A stretch of DNA of 46,608 nt, taken from an uncultured Planctomycetia bacterium. GTDB lineage: Bacteria; Omnitrophota; Gorgyraeia; Duberdicusellales; 4484-171. A program made the position numbers and the translations under genes. Positions 26,747-37,630 of this stretch are shown in pieces (within the stretch, counting starts at the first letter, position 1; each line of letters begins with the position of its first letter). Under the pieces are notes generated by a model. The model searched no databases, was not told the DNA's origin, and was given only the letters and a program-made list of their open reading frames with translations. The stretch covers positions 29,179 to 75,786 of the forward strand of contig CAZGLF010000001.1 in the NCBI GenBank assembly GCA_964526615.1, read 5' to 3'.

Positions 26747-26961
26747 GTAAACGTCTATTTAAATTGTCAAGCATGTTGTTTTGACCAAAGTTCTATTTAT
26801 TCTGTTTGCCGGTGCGGGAATAACTATATCAGTTTAAAGCCGTGTGTCTTGCTTCGCAAAAGTTATTACCGCCACCCTCGCGTAAACGTCTATTTAATTT
26901 GTCAGGCTTGTTGCCTTAAGCAAAGTTTGTCTTATTCTGTTTGCCGGTGCGGGAATAACTA
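26734..26961. repeat. Diverged direct duplication (two 93-nt copies, 26734..26826 and 26869..26961) of tRNA-Leu nt 1-13 plus ~80 nt of its upstream region, separated by a 42-nt hairpin-bearing spacer
   Basis: Manual alignment gives about 11 mismatches in 93 positions. The spacer 26827..26868 contains CTTGC-TTC-GCAA and the helix AATAACT/AGTTATT. Confidence 0.85.
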
Positions 26962-27022
26962 ATTCTGTTTAAAATAAAGAGCGAAGATATTTATATCATA
27001 TAAGGGTTATTTTTGCAATATA

Positions 27023-27952
27023 TTAAGATTTTCTTTGATTGAAGATATATTTGCTTTCGGGGAATTTTTTCGCTAAAGATTTTAACTCAGCACCTACCGA
27101 ATTAACTTGTGCGGTATGAGTAAAGTTTCTTCCGGCACTGGTTAAAATCCCGATAGATATTGTTGGGAAACTAAACTTATGTATTTGGCCATCGCGGCCT
27201 TTTGTTTCAATGTAGCCTTTGATCCGGTCTTTTTCTTCAAAGAACTTGGGAGAAGATTTATCGAAATCGGCAATTATTTTTTTAGCAATTGATTCGGCAT
27301 TATCGGGAGTAGTTATTATAACAAAATCATCTCCGCCGATATGGCCGACAAAATCAGATGTGGTGCCTTTTTTTTGAATAGCATCAATTAATATTCGGGC
27401 AGTTTCTTTTATCACCACGTCTCCTTTTTCAAAGCCGTAAAAATCATTCAGAGCTTTGAAGTGGTCTATATCGATATAGAGAACCGCAAAATCTTCTTTT
27501 TTATCGATATAGCCGGTGAGTTCTTTATTTATCGATACGTTTCCGGGAAGACGGGTTAGGGGGTTTGCATCTAAATTGGTAGATGATCTCCTGATAAGCA
27601 TTCTTATCCGGGCGATTAATTCTTGAGGAAGAAAAGGTTTGAGCATATAATCATCGGTTCCGGCTTCTAAGCCGGCCACCTTATCTTCTACCTCGCCTTT
27701 CCCGGTCAACATTAAAATCGGAGTATTTAAAAGTAAAGGGTCTCTTCTCACCTGTCTGCAGATATCCGGGCCTTGCATGTCAGGAAGCATATAATCTAAG
27801 ACCAGAAGGTCTGGGGTTTGGGTTTTGAGTTTTTCTAAAGCCTCAGCTCCGGTGTAGGCTTTTTGAAGCTCGAACTCCCCTTCTAAAGTTGCCTCTAGCA
27901 AATCCATAATATCGGGGTCATCGTCAACCAGCAAAACTTTTAGTTTAGACAT
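27023..27952 (-). CDS. Response regulator: REC domain fused to a GGDEF-like domain with a GGDDF variant motif
   Basis: REC motifs (LLVDDDP, DLLVLDYMLPDM, KPF). GGDEF-like region (LTRLPGN, IDIDHFKALNDFYGFEKGD, GHIGGDDFVIIT). Confidence 0.85.
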   Translation of the reverse strand: MSKLKVLLVDDDPDIMDLLEATLEGEFELQKAYTGAEALEKLKTQTPDLLVLDYMLPDMQGPDICRQVRRDPLLLNTPILMLTGKGEVEDKVAGLEAGTDDYMLKPFLPQELIARIRMLIRRSSTNLDANPLTRLPGNVSINKELTGYIDKKEDFAVLYIDIDHFKALNDFYGFEKGDVVIKETARILIDAIQKKGTTSDFVGHIGGDDFVIITTPDNAESIAKKIIADFDKSSPKFFEEKDRIKGYIETKGRDGQIHKFSFPTISIGILTSAGRNFTHTAQVNSVGAELKSLAKKFPESKYIFNQRKS

Positions 27953-29411
27953 TCTCAGCCACCTTTAATGTAAAATAAAATTTTGTTCCTTTGTTTACTT
28001 CGGATTCTACCCATATTTTTTCTTTATGGGTATCGATAATTCTTTTGACCAGAGAAAGGCCTAGCCCGCTGCCTTTTATTTGCCGGATAGCAGGATTATT
28101 GACCCGATAAAACTCTTCGAATATCTTCGGCAAGTCTTCTTTTGATATACCATAGCCGGTATCGGCTACCGATACTATTGCCTGGCTGTTTTGTTGTTTG
28201 CATTCAACAGTGATGCTGCCTTCTTCGGGAGTAAACTTTATAGCATTATTGATAAGATTTATCAAGACCCTTTCAATTAAGTTTTTATCCATATATACAG
28301 TTAAGCTTCCCGGAAGGTTTAGGTTTAAGTTTATTTTCTTTGCATCGAGCTGAGGACTTAAGAAGTCCCCTAAATCTTTTATTATTTTAGTTATTTCAAA
28401 AGGAGCGATTTTAACCTCCATCTTGCCTGATTCAATCCTTGATATATCAAGCAAGGTATTTACTATGTGCATAAGTTTATCAACATTATCATCTATTTTC
28501 ATTAGGCGCTCCCTGGCTTTTTCCGGAAGTTTACCGAATTTTTCATCTACCAAGAGGGAAGAGAACCCTTTTACCGAGGTCAACGGGGTTCTTAACTCAT
28601 GTGAAACACTGGAAATAAAATCGGATTTAGCTTTATTTATCACCTCAATTTCTCTTAAGCTTTTTACCAACTCATTAGTTCTTTCTTTGATTTTTTTCTC
28701 AAGATTATCTTTGGTGTGATAGAGATCCTCAAATAGGTTGATGTTGTCGAGGCATTGGCCAAGATACATACAGATAATTAAAAAGACTTCTTCTTCCGAC
28801 TTCTGAATTCCGGTACGTAAAATCAAATTAGAAACAAGGAATATCGAATCAGCTTGTTCCCTTATTTTTATCGGGGCGATTAAAACATCTTTGGTTTTAA
28901 GGGCATCAAAAAGCTGTTTGTATATTTCAGAATTTTTATCTAGTAGTTGATTGCTTCTTAGAATCTCGCGCTTGTGATTTAGGGTATTTTGTACCCGTTG
29001 GATTTCATCTTTTTCAAAACCGATATTTACCCGAGGTTGTAAGTTGTTAAAATCAAGTAAAAGGCTTCTTTTAAAGCCCAGATCATTTACCAATTTTTCA
29101 TTTATTTGGAAAAACAGTTTATCTTTATCCAGGATATGCAAAGAGGAAATGATTAAATTTTTGATTAAACTTAACTTACTCATTTTATCGTCTATTTCCT
29201 GCTCATAGAGCTTTAATTTCATATCGCTACGGATTATTAATTTAGCTTGTTGGTCAAGGTCTTCGACAGTGCGCTTGAGGATTATTAGCTTATTTTTCAA
29301 AATAGAAACTGTTTGCATCTTGCCCATAAGATAGAAGATAAGAAATATTATCAAGGCAAAAAATATAAGAACCAAACTTACCAGAGGGTCTAAACTTAAA
29401 ATTTTACTCAT
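27945..29411 (-). CDS. Sensor histidine kinase (one N-terminal TM, coiled-coil/GAF-like middle, HisKA + HATPase_c)
   Basis: H-box SHELRTPLTS, N-box NLINNAIKFT, G1 DTGYGI, G2 GSGLGLS. Confidence 0.9.
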   Translation of the reverse strand: MSKILSLDPLVSLVLIFFALIIFLIFYLMGKMQTVSILKNKLIILKRTVEDLDQQAKLIIRSDMKLKLYEQEIDDKMSKLSLIKNLIISSLHILDKDKLFFQINEKLVNDLGFKRSLLLDFNNLQPRVNIGFEKDEIQRVQNTLNHKREILRSNQLLDKNSEIYKQLFDALKTKDVLIAPIKIREQADSIFLVSNLILRTGIQKSEEEVFLIICMYLGQCLDNINLFEDLYHTKDNLEKKIKERTNELVKSLREIEVINKAKSDFISSVSHELRTPLTSVKGFSSLLVDEKFGKLPEKARERLMKIDDNVDKLMHIVNTLLDISRIESGKMEVKIAPFEITKIIKDLGDFLSPQLDAKKINLNLNLPGSLTVYMDKNLIERVLINLINNAIKFTPEEGSITVECKQQNSQAIVSVADTGYGISKEDLPKIFEEFYRVNNPAIRQIKGSGLGLSLVKRIIDTHKEKIWVESEVNKGTKFYFTLKVAENV

Positions 29412-29415
29412 TTTT

Positions 29416-30543
29416 CTACTGCCATAAACTTAATAAAATATTTCCGGCTTCAATATCAATGTCGCCGGTATTTTTATCTGAAGAGAAAGAAAAATCCGAA
29501 TAAAGGCCGATAACTTTGGTTTTTTCTCCCAGAAAATGCTTAATTGCTTGCACCTCTTCAAAGGAAGTATCTTTTAATAATTTTTTCCGTACAGTTGAGT
29601 TTACCACAAAAGCTAAACGAGATTCAGGGCTTTCAATAAATTGTAAGTTATTTTCCAGTTTTTGCAATGCTAATGTTGGGTCAAGGAACATAATATGCCC
29701 ACGGCTATTTTCTTTTACCTGGCCGGTGCAGATTAAAGACCCGTCTTCTAAGAAGTCTATAATATTTATTATTTTAAAGCCCCCTTCTTCTTTTATTCCT
29801 AAAGGATAAAAAGAGAATAGGTGGTTCTTTAAGAAAGTTTGGAAATCTTCTTCAAGGTATTTTTTGTATATATCCACTGCCGGGCGATCATCAATTTCCA
29901 TAATTACCCCCCTGGTTGGAGCCGACTTGGTAATAGTAAAAGGTTTAGCCAAAGGCAGGTAACCGCCTAATTTAAGTACCTCGATATTGATGCCGCCAAC
30001 AGCTACATTAAGTAAGCCTTCATCGATATTATCATTTATTATTTGGGAGTCATACCAGGAGTATTTGCGCATAAACCCTAGCCCAAGAAGATTAAAAACT
30101 TTTCCTAAGGATTGGCGTAATCCGGCTAAATAAGATAAAGGATTTATTTTTGGAGATAAAAAGGAGAGAAAGTTAATCCCAGGTTTTTTTAGTTTTTTAA
30201 AAGATTCATTAAAGTTCATCGCTATTTTTTGGACATTATCGGACCTAGAAAAAAATTCCCTTACTCCCATTTCGCTTTTATTGATGCAGCAGGCAACGAT
30301 TCCTTTTTGAATGACTCTGTCTTCAAAAATAAGAAAGGGAGCCTGAATTCCTAAGACTTGTTTCGGCCTTAGGGTTATTTTTAAAGTATTTAAGATAGAA
30401 GGCGGGGCATAATTGGGAGTAAACAGCAATATTAGATATTTTATCTCTTTGGGAAAACGAGATTTTATAGTAAGAGATACTTCTTTGATTGCTGCTTCTT
30501 GGGCCTTTTGGCTAAAAGCGATTACAAATTCATCTTCACGCAT
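29416..30543 (-). CDS. FIST-domain sensory protein (FIST_N + FIST_C)
   Basis: Stand-alone ~375 aa. YPLGI...DGSLICTGQVKENS and terminal GLYSDFSF segments resemble FIST_C. Lies directly upstream of the kinase. Confidence 0.55.
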   Translation of the reverse strand: MREDEFVIAFSQKAQEAAIKEVSLTIKSRFPKEIKYLILLFTPNYAPPSILNTLKITLRPKQVLGIQAPFLIFEDRVIQKGIVACCINKSEMGVREFFSRSDNVQKIAMNFNESFKKLKKPGINFLSFLSPKINPLSYLAGLRQSLGKVFNLLGLGFMRKYSWYDSQIINDNIDEGLLNVAVGGINIEVLKLGGYLPLAKPFTITKSAPTRGVIMEIDDRPAVDIYKKYLEEDFQTFLKNHLFSFYPLGIKEEGGFKIINIIDFLEDGSLICTGQVKENSRGHIMFLDPTLALQKLENNLQFIESPESRLAFVVNSTVRKKLLKDTSFEEVQAIKHFLGEKTKVIGLYSDFSFSSDKNTGDIDIEAGNILLSLWQ

Positions 30544-30596
30544 TAAATGAACTTTCCTTATTTAGTTAAAATTAATTTGTACTTTATGCCGAAAAT

Positions 30597-31340
30597 TTAT
30601 TTCGATTTTTTATCGAAAAAAACTTTAAACAAATCAATTGGAATCGGCATAACTACTACTGATGACCTCTCCGATGATACTTCAACTAAAGTTTGAAGAT
30701 ATCTCATTTGTAAGGCCATCGGGTGGTCAGCGATTACTGCTGCAGCGCCTTTTAATTTATCTGCAGCTTGAAATTCACCCTCAGCGGCAATGACTTTCGC
30801 TCTTCTTTCACGTTCTGCTTCTGCCTGGCGGGCCATTGCTTTACGCATTTCATCGGGAAGGTCCACATGCTTTACTTCAACCACCGAAACCTTTACGCCC
30901 CAAGGGTCAGTTTGTTTATCGATTATTTCTTGAAGGGCTGAATTTATCTTATCCCGGTTTGACAAGAGATCATCTAACTCTACTTGGCCAATTACGCTTC
31001 TAAGAGTAGTTTGTGATATTTGGCTGGTAGCAAATTCATAATCTTCAACTTCAATCACTGCTTTAATCGGATCCATTACCCGATAATAAACTACAGCATT
31101 TATTTTTACCGAGACATTATCTCTAGTTATTATATCTTGAGGTGGAACATCGAGAGTTATCGTTCTTAGGTCGAGTTTTTTCATTTCATCGATTGGCTTT
31201 AAGACGAAAAATATTCCCGGCCCCTTTGGAGCTTTTAGCACTCTCCCCAAACGAAAGATTACCGCCCTCTCATATTCTTTTATGATTTTTAGGCAAATTA
31301 AGATATAAAGGAATACAATTGGTAAAATTATTTTTAGCAT
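30597..31340 (-). CDS. SPFH/Band 7 (stomatin-like) protein
   Basis: N-terminal TM, then [14 protein letters not shown] and the [20 protein letters not shown] coiled coil typical of prokaryotic stomatins. Confidence 0.9.
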   Translation of the reverse strand: MLKIILPIVFLYILICLKIIKEYERAVIFRLGRVLKAPKGPGIFFVLKPIDEMKKLDLRTITLDVPPQDIITRDNVSVKINAVVYYRVMDPIKAVIEVEDYEFATSQISQTTLRSVIGQVELDDLLSNRDKINSALQEIIDKQTDPWGVKVSVVEVKHVDLPDEMRKAMARQAEAERERRAKVIAAEGEFQAADKLKGAAAVIADHPMALQMRYLQTLVEVSSERSSVVVMPIPIDLFKVFFDKKSK

Positions 31341-31342
31341 CT

Positions 31343-32665
31343 CTAGCCCTCCTTTTTCTTTACTTCTAATACCAAGCCCGATACCCCTGTTATTATAGCT
31401 TGCTGGTTTTTATTTATCCTTTCGCTTGCCCGCGCTTGCCAGATCTCCCCTTTTAAAAATATCTTGCCGGGTTTATCTGGTTTTATGGTTTTTAAAACAA
31501 TAGCACCTTCACCGATTAAAGCTTCACTGCCTAAACGGGGTTTTAGCCTTATCGTAGCTAGAGCCTTGGTCAAGATAAAGAGACTAAAGAGGCTAAAAGT
31601 TATAATTAAAGGCAGGATAAATTTAAAAGATACTTTAATTGATTGAGGCTGGTTAAATAACATTATCGAACCAAGAAAGAAAGCTGCTACACCACCGAAA
31701 GTAAAGAGGCCAAAAGCCGGTGTCAGAGCTTCGGCAATAAAGAATATTATTCCAAGTATTATTAAAACCAAGCCCGCATAATTTAGGGGTAAGACGCTAA
31801 AGGCATAAAAAGCAAGAATGAGACAAATTACCCCGGCAATCCCCGGAAAGCCAAAACCAGGATGGGTTACTTCAAAAATCAACCCTAAAAACCCCAAAGT
31901 AAAAAGAAGGTAGGCAATGTTTGGGTTGATGATAGCATCTAATATTTTTTCCCGGGTAGTAAAGCCTATTTTTTCTAAGGTGTATTTTTCGGTAGATATT
32001 TTAATTTCGCCGGTTTTGGTTTTTATAATTCTCCCGTTAAGTTTTTCGATTAATTCATCGAAGTCTTGAGCAACAAAATCAATAACTTTTTTTTTCAAAG
32101 CTTCTTCTTCGGTTATCGATGTACTTTCTTCAATTGATTCTTTTATAAATTTATAAGGGCGGCCCCGGGTTTGAGCAATATTTTTTGCCCAGGCAAGGGT
32201 ATCGTTGATTATTTTTTTCTTGGTCTCTTCATCTAGTTTCCCCCAGCTGCCGGCTCCAACCACCGGGTGTGCGGCTCCGATATGTGTGGAGGGGCTCATA
32301 GCTAAAATATTGGCTGCATAACCGATAAATACTCCAGCTGAAGCAGCCCGGGCACCTTTAGGATGTACGTAGACAACAGTTGCAACCGATGAGTTTAGGA
32401 GAGACTTTACTATTTCTTGAGTCGACTTCAGCAGGCCTCCGGGAGTATCGATATTTAAGATAAAGATAGCCTCTTGTTCTTCGGCAGACTTTAAACCGTT
32501 TTCGATATACCCGGCACTTACCGGATTTATTATGTTACCTTGAATCGTTAATGATTTTATTTTTGTTTGGGAAAAAGAAAGAGGGGACAAAGAAAAGATA
32601 AAAAGAATAAGAAAAACATATTTTTTCATCGTTTTTAACTTACCATAAAGAGTGTCAAAAATCAA
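31343..32665 (-). CDS. NfeD-family membrane-bound serine protease (ClpP-like domain + TM region + C-terminal OB domain)
   Basis: ClpP-class region (IDTPGGLL...[10 protein letters not shown]), multi-TM middle, C-terminal NfeD OB-like domain. Paired with the SPFH gene. An alternative start at 32629 (MKKYVF...) gives a cleaner signal peptide. Confidence 0.85.
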   Translation of the reverse strand: MIFDTLYGKLKTMKKYVFLILFIFSLSPLSFSQTKIKSLTIQGNIINPVSAGYIENGLKSAEEQEAIFILNIDTPGGLLKSTQEIVKSLLNSSVATVVYVHPKGARAASAGVFIGYAANILAMSPSTHIGAAHPVVGAGSWGKLDEETKKKIINDTLAWAKNIAQTRGRPYKFIKESIEESTSITEEEALKKKVIDFVAQDFDELIEKLNGRIIKTKTGEIKISTEKYTLEKIGFTTREKILDAIINPNIAYLLFTLGFLGLIFEVTHPGFGFPGIAGVICLILAFYAFSVLPLNYAGLVLIILGIIFFIAEALTPAFGLFTFGGVAAFFLGSIMLFNQPQSIKVSFKFILPLIITFSLFSLFILTKALATIRLKPRLGSEALIGEGAIVLKTIKPDKPGKIFLKGEIWQARASERINKNQQAIITGVSGLVLEVKKKEG

Positions 32666-32758
32666 TATATTTACCTTGGCTAAAAAGGCAAGAAAATATC
32701 AAGCTAAAAATTCATAACTTCTTTAAAACCCGGGGCATAGGAAGATGTAAACGTTTTC

Positions 32759-32787
32759 TTGACATTCTTTATTCTATATGCTATATA
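32759..32787 (+). promoter_or_regulatory. Putative sigma70 promoter of cvpA (TTGACA, 17-nt spacer, TGcTATATA)
   Basis: TTGACA at 32759..32764, TG at 32779..32780, TATATA at 32782..32787. This implies a very short 5' UTR without an SD. Confidence 0.5.
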
Positions 32788-32806
32788 CTAATTACACTAA
32801 AAATCG

Positions 32807-33367
32807 ATGGAAGTATCCGGTATAAGCGCTTTAATAGATATATTTTTTTTAATCCTTTGTCTGAGAGTTATTTACATAGCTGTCTCACGAGGAATTCCGT
32901 CAGAAAGTTTTAAGCTAGCAGGACTTTTGATCGGGTCTTTTCTTGCATTTGCCTATTATCCTTATGTAGGAAAAGTAATAAATGACAAAATACCGATTTT
33001 AAAGAAAGAATACTTTCATTTTGTGTCATTTTTCTTTATACTATTAGGAGTGGTTATCGTATTTAGTTTAGCACGTTTAATCACAGCCATTCTTTTTAAA
33101 AGAGAAAAAATACCTTATAAAGAACGTTGGGTAGCTCTTATAATGGGGGTGTTAAGATTTTGTCTTTTATCGAGTGTAATACTATTCATTTTGCATTTAT
33201 CCCCTCTAAAACCAAAACATCTTAATGAAAGCATAACTTACGGTATTTTAAAAAATGTCGCACCAAAGTATTACTTGGTTACGCATAAAATTTATGAGTT
33301 ATTTGAACCTAAAGCCATATTAAATGAGGAGGTGAGAGATTATTATGAAACTGAAAAGTATTTATAA
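32807..33367 (+). CDS. cvpA: CvpA-family membrane protein
   Basis: About 4 TM segments. The N-terminal ALIDIFFLILCLRVIYIAVSRG pattern is typical of CvpA. Confidence 0.65.
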   Translation: MEVSGISALIDIFFLILCLRVIYIAVSRGIPSESFKLAGLLIGSFLAFAYYPYVGKVINDKIPILKKEYFHFVSFFFILLGVVIVFSLARLITAILFKREKIPYKERWVALIMGVLRFCLLSSVILFILHLSPLKPKHLNESITYGILKNVAPKYYLVTHKIYELFEPKAILNEEVRDYYETEKYL

Positions 33368-34307
33368 AAAAGTTATTGATAAAGGGGTTGACGCTGATGT
33401 GCGTACCAAAAAAGAAATAAACGATTTACTTAAAAAAAAGAAATCCCGATATGAAAATTTAAGTAAAAAGGAAAAAGAATATTTTGACCGCGATACTTTA
33501 ATTAATCCTTATGCCGATACCCGTATTCTTAATGGCGATCCCGAAACTAATATTGAATCAGCAATAGTCGGGGTAGATGTTGGCCCGGGCGAATTAGTTC
33601 TGGTTGACAGGTTAAATCAAAGAGGAGAAAAAATAGATTTAGTTATTTCACACCATCCCCAAGGCCGTGCTTATGCCCAGTTTTATGATGTAATGGATTT
33701 GCAAGTAGATGTGTTTTCTAGTCAAGGTATTTCAATTTCGGCTTGCGAGAACCTTTTAAGCGAGAGAAAGCAGCAGGTTGCAAGAAGAGTCAGTGCGGCC
33801 AATCATGCCCGTGGAGTTGATGCTGCCAGGCTTTTGGGGTTAAATTTCTTATGTATGCATACCCCTTGTGATAACCTTGCTTACCGCCACTTAGAAGGAG
33901 AAATTAAAAAAGCCAAGCCCAATACTTTAGGCGATTTGATGGATGTTCTATATGGTATTGATGAATACAAAGAAGCTGCTAAAATCAACAACCCCCCGAT
34001 AATAGCTATCGGCAACAAGAATTCACGCTGCAGCAATATTCATTTGGAGTTCACCGGCGGCACCGAGGGGCCCAAAGGTATCTATCAACAACTTTCAGCT
34101 AAAGGCATTGATACTATTGTTGCGATGCATCAATCCGAGGAACATTTTAAAGAGTGTAAAAAACACAATATAAATGTTATATTTGCTTCACATATTGCAT
34201 CTGATAATATTGGGTTAAACAGAATGCTTGATTATATCGGAAAAACCGAGAAACTTAAGATTTACGAATTTTCCGGATTTACCAGAATCAAAAGGAAAGT
34301 CAAATAA
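33345..34307 (+). CDS. NIF3-like (DUF34) dinuclear-metal-centre family protein
   Basis: DLVISHHP, CMHTPCDN and ASHIASDN metal-ligand-like motifs in NIF3 order. Lies next to dnaG-rpoD, as NIF3 genes do in Firmicutes. Confidence 0.55.
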   Translation: MKLKSIYKKVIDKGVDADVRTKKEINDLLKKKKSRYENLSKKEKEYFDRDTLINPYADTRILNGDPETNIESAIVGVDVGPGELVLVDRLNQRGEKIDLVISHHPQGRAYAQFYDVMDLQVDVFSSQGISISACENLLSERKQQVARRVSAANHARGVDAARLLGLNFLCMHTPCDNLAYRHLEGEIKKAKPNTLGDLMDVLYGIDEYKEAAKINNPPIIAIGNKNSRCSNIHLEFTGGTEGPKGIYQQLSAKGIDTIVAMHQSEEHFKECKKHNINVIFASHIASDNIGLNRMLDYIGKTEKLKIYEFSGFTRIKRKVK

Positions 34308-34331
34308 ATACCAAGAGTTGATAACTGCATA

Positions 34332-36089
34332 ATGATTCCCCAAACATTTATTGATGAAGTTCAGTCAAGGACAGATATTGCGCAAGTAATATCTGATTAT
34401 ATACCTTTGAAACGGGCCGGAAGGAATTTCAAAGCACTTTGTCCTTTTCATGGAGAGAAGACCCCATCCTTTATGATAAGCCCCCAGAAGCAAATATTTC
34501 ATTGTTTTGGCTGCGGCGAAGGCGGTGGAGCCATTCAATTTGTGATGCTGATGGAAAAAGTTACTTTTCCAGAGGCAATTGAAATTTTAGCAAAAAGATT
34601 AGGCTTGGCAATACCATATCAAAAAGGAAAGAACCAGCAAGAAAAGACAGTACTTTATGCGGCAATGGATAAGGCCGGCCAGTTTTATAGTAAGTTGTTG
34701 TTAAGTGACCCAAAAGCTCAAAACGTCAGAGAGTATCTTAAAAAAAGAGGTATTGCTGATGCTACGATAAAAAAATTCCTCATCGGTTATGCTCCGGGTA
34801 ACAACTTGCTTTTAAATTTTTTGAGAAAACAAAATTTTACCCTTGCTAACCTGGAAAAAGTTTCTTTGGTAAATGGCTCAAGAGGGGGGTACCGGGATTT
34901 ATTTATCCGAAGAATAACTTTCCCGATATTTGATGTGCGTTCCCGGGTAGTTGGTTTTGGCGGCCGGCTGGTGAGCGGCCAGCCAAACGCACCGAAGTAC
35001 CTAAATTCTTTAGAAGGCCCTCTCTACAGTAAAAGGGCTCATCTTTACGGCTTAAACTTTGCTAAAGAGGAGATATCAAAACAGAGGCTGGCGATAGTAG
35101 TTGAGGGTTATTTAGATGTGATAATCCCTTTTATGCGGGGTGTAAAAAATATAGTAGCATCTTTAGGCACCGCCTTAACCGAGGAGCAGATAAGGTTGCT
35201 TAAAAGATATACTAATTCAGTTGTTTTAGTTTATGATTCCGATAAAGCCGGCCAAACCGCGGCTTTACGTTCGATAGATTTGCTTTTAGAAAACCAAGTC
35301 GAGGTTAGTGTGGCCCAGTTGCCGGAGGGTTATGACCCTGATTCTTTGGTAAGGAAAAAAGGTAACGAAGCTTTTATGAGATTAATCGAGGAAAGAAAAG
35401 ATTTCTTTGATTATAAATTAGAACTTTTAAAGAAAAGCTATGATATCCAAAGCATTGAAGGAAAGACAAAAATATCCAAAGAATTATTCAAAACTCTCGA
35501 GAAACTTAATAGCGAGATGGAAAAATATGAATATATTAAAAGATTGAGTTCGCAATTAGAGGTTAAGGAAGAGATAATGATAGCTGATTTTAAGAATGCT
35601 ACTTCTGTAGGTAAAAAAACATCAAAATTTTCTTATCAAAAAACAGCTTCTAAAATTCAACAAGAGTATTTACCGGTTCAGGAAAAAGTCTTAATTAAAT
35701 CAATGTTAGTAAATGAAAAAGCTTTCGAAGCTATAAAGAAACGCCTGAGAGTAGAATATTTCACTTCTTCTTTGGCTAAAAGAGCATTTAAAAATCTTTT
35801 AGCTATTGATATCGACACTAAGGGCCATTCGGCTCAAAAATTAATCGGTTCAATCGAAGATAAAGAAGTCAGCAGTTTTCTTTCAAAGATTGCTTTTGAT
35901 GATGAAATATTATTAGATAATCTTACCTTTAAGGCATCTTTTTCCAAATTGGAGCGAGAAGGAAAGAGAAGATTACAGCAGCAGATAAAAGACCAATTAA
36001 AACAAGAAGGCCAAAAAGGGTTTGGTCAAAAATGTAAAGAATTGATAAAAGAACACTTAAAAATCAATAGCGAGGTAAGGAATGGTTAA
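34332..36089 (+). CDS. dnaG: DNA primase
   Basis: Zinc-finger [11 protein letters not shown]...CFGCG. TOPRIM EGYLDV...DSDKAG. Confidence 0.95.
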   Translation: MIPQTFIDEVQSRTDIAQVISDYIPLKRAGRNFKALCPFHGEKTPSFMISPQKQIFHCFGCGEGGGAIQFVMLMEKVTFPEAIEILAKRLGLAIPYQKGKNQQEKTVLYAAMDKAGQFYSKLLLSDPKAQNVREYLKKRGIADATIKKFLIGYAPGNNLLLNFLRKQNFTLANLEKVSLVNGSRGGYRDLFIRRITFPIFDVRSRVVGFGGRLVSGQPNAPKYLNSLEGPLYSKRAHLYGLNFAKEEISKQRLAIVVEGYLDVIIPFMRGVKNIVASLGTALTEEQIRLLKRYTNSVVLVYDSDKAGQTAALRSIDLLLENQVEVSVAQLPEGYDPDSLVRKKGNEAFMRLIEERKDFFDYKLELLKKSYDIQSIEGKTKISKELFKTLEKLNSEMEKYEYIKRLSSQLEVKEEIMIADFKNATSVGKKTSKFSYQKTASKIQQEYLPVQEKVLIKSMLVNEKAFEAIKKRLRVEYFTSSLAKRAFKNLLAIDIDTKGHSAQKLIGSIEDKEVSSFLSKIAFDDEILLDNLTFKASFSKLEREGKRRLQQQIKDQLKQEGQKGFGQKCKELIKEHLKINSEVRNG

Positions 36090-37623
36090 AAAAAGACTTT
36101 TAGAGAGGAGCATTACGCAATTAATCGACTTAGGTAAGAAGAAAGGTTATCTTACCTATGATGAGATAAATCACTTTGTGTCTGAGGAGATAACCAGTGC
36201 TCAGGACCTAGATAGCATATTCCAGCGGCTGGATGAAAAAGATATCAGTATTTTAGAAACCAAAGAAGTGACGGGTTGGGAAAAAGAAAAGAAAAAACAA
36301 TCTACTGCTACTTCGCAGCCAATCGATGACCCGGTTAAGATGTATCTAAAGCAGATGGGTCAAATCCCTTTACTTTCCCGGGAAGAAGAAATCCGTTTGG
36401 CTAAAAAGATAGAAGATACCGAAGAAGCCCTAAGAGAAGAAGTATTTTCAAGTAATGTTTCCCGTGATGAATTTATCGGCCTCTCCAGACGATTAATCAA
36501 AGAGGAGCTTAATCCGGATGATTATGTTAAGGGAGAGATAAAAAGTAAAGAACAAGAAGTCCAAAGAATTAGAAAACTTTATAATAAACTTTCCCGAACC
36601 AAGAAGGTAGAGAGCCAGAAAAAAGTATTAAAAGATTTTAATTTTACAATTGGGATAATCGAGAACATAATTACTAAGACTAAAAATATTGTAAGAGAGG
36701 TCGAAAGGCTCAAAAGAAAGATCGATAGAATTAAGAGTAAATCCAAGGCTAAGCAATCAGAGAAAAGAAGCCTGGTGCGCCAAAGAAATAAGCTTATCAG
36801 AAAGTTAGGATTCCCCGAATCTCAGATTAGAGAACGCATGAAAGCAATCCTGGTTAAGGGCTTACACTATAACCAGGCTAAAAGGACCCTGGTTGAAGCT
36901 AATTTAAGGTTGGTGGTCAGTATTGCAAAAAAATATGTAAACCGTGGATTGTCTTTCTTAGATCTTATTCAGGAAGGAAATATCGGGCTTATTAAAGCAG
37001 TTGAGAAGTTCGAATATAAAAGAGGTTATAAGTTTTCAACTTATGCAACTTGGTGGATAAGACAAGCTATAACCCGGGCTATTGCCGATCAAGCCAGGAC
37101 AATAAGAATTCCGGTACATATGACCGAAACTATTAATAAAATCATCAGGATTTCAAGACTTTTTATTCAGGAAAAAGGAAGAGAGCCTACCCCGGAAGAA
37201 TTATCAAAAGAGCTTCGTCTTCCGATATCAAAGATAAAAGATATTTTAAAAGTTTCCCAACAACCGATATCGATACACACCCCAATCGGGGATGATGGGG
37301 ATACCTCTTTTGGTGATTTTATCGAAGATAAAAAAGCAGTTTCTCCTGCTAATGCCACGGTATTTTCGATGCTAAAAGAAGAGCTAGAACAAGCCATGGA
37401 AAGCTTAACTGATAGGGAGAAAAATATTCTTGCCCTAAGGTTTGGCTTAGAAGATGGAAGCCCTAAAACTTTAGAGGAAGTCGGCACTATCTTTAAGGTT
37501 ACCCGTGAAAGAATAAGGCAAATTGAAGCCAAAGCCTTAAAGAAATTAAGACATCCTTCCCGTTCACGGCGCCTTCAGACTTTCTTGGAGCTTACACTTT
37601 TCCGCGGTAAATTCCGCAGTTGA
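36082..37623 (+). CDS. rpoD: RNA polymerase primary sigma factor
   Basis: Regions 1.2-4.2 ([70 protein letters not shown]). Confidence 0.95.
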   Translation: MVKKRLLERSITQLIDLGKKKGYLTYDEINHFVSEEITSAQDLDSIFQRLDEKDISILETKEVTGWEKEKKKQSTATSQPIDDPVKMYLKQMGQIPLLSREEEIRLAKKIEDTEEALREEVFSSNVSRDEFIGLSRRLIKEELNPDDYVKGEIKSKEQEVQRIRKLYNKLSRTKKVESQKKVLKDFNFTIGIIENIITKTKNIVREVERLKRKIDRIKSKSKAKQSEKRSLVRQRNKLIRKLGFPESQIRERMKAILVKGLHYNQAKRTLVEANLRLVVSIAKKYVNRGLSFLDLIQEGNIGLIKAVEKFEYKRGYKFSTYATWWIRQAITRAIADQARTIRIPVHMTETINKIIRISRLFIQEKGREPTPEELSKELRLPISKIKDILKVSQQPISIHTPIGDDGDTSFGDFIEDKKAVSPANATVFSMLKEELEQAMESLTDREKNILALRFGLEDGSPKTLEEVGTIFKVTRERIRQIEAKALKKLRHPSRSRRLQTFLELTLFRGKFRS

Positions 37624-37630
37624 TAATTAA

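Noticed and set aside
26765-26770. TTGACA (minus strand) as the tRNA-Leu promoter -35
   Set aside because: It lies only 18 nt upstream of the mature tRNA 5' end, which would put the -10 inside the tRNA. No alternative good -10 was found, so the promoter is left unassigned.
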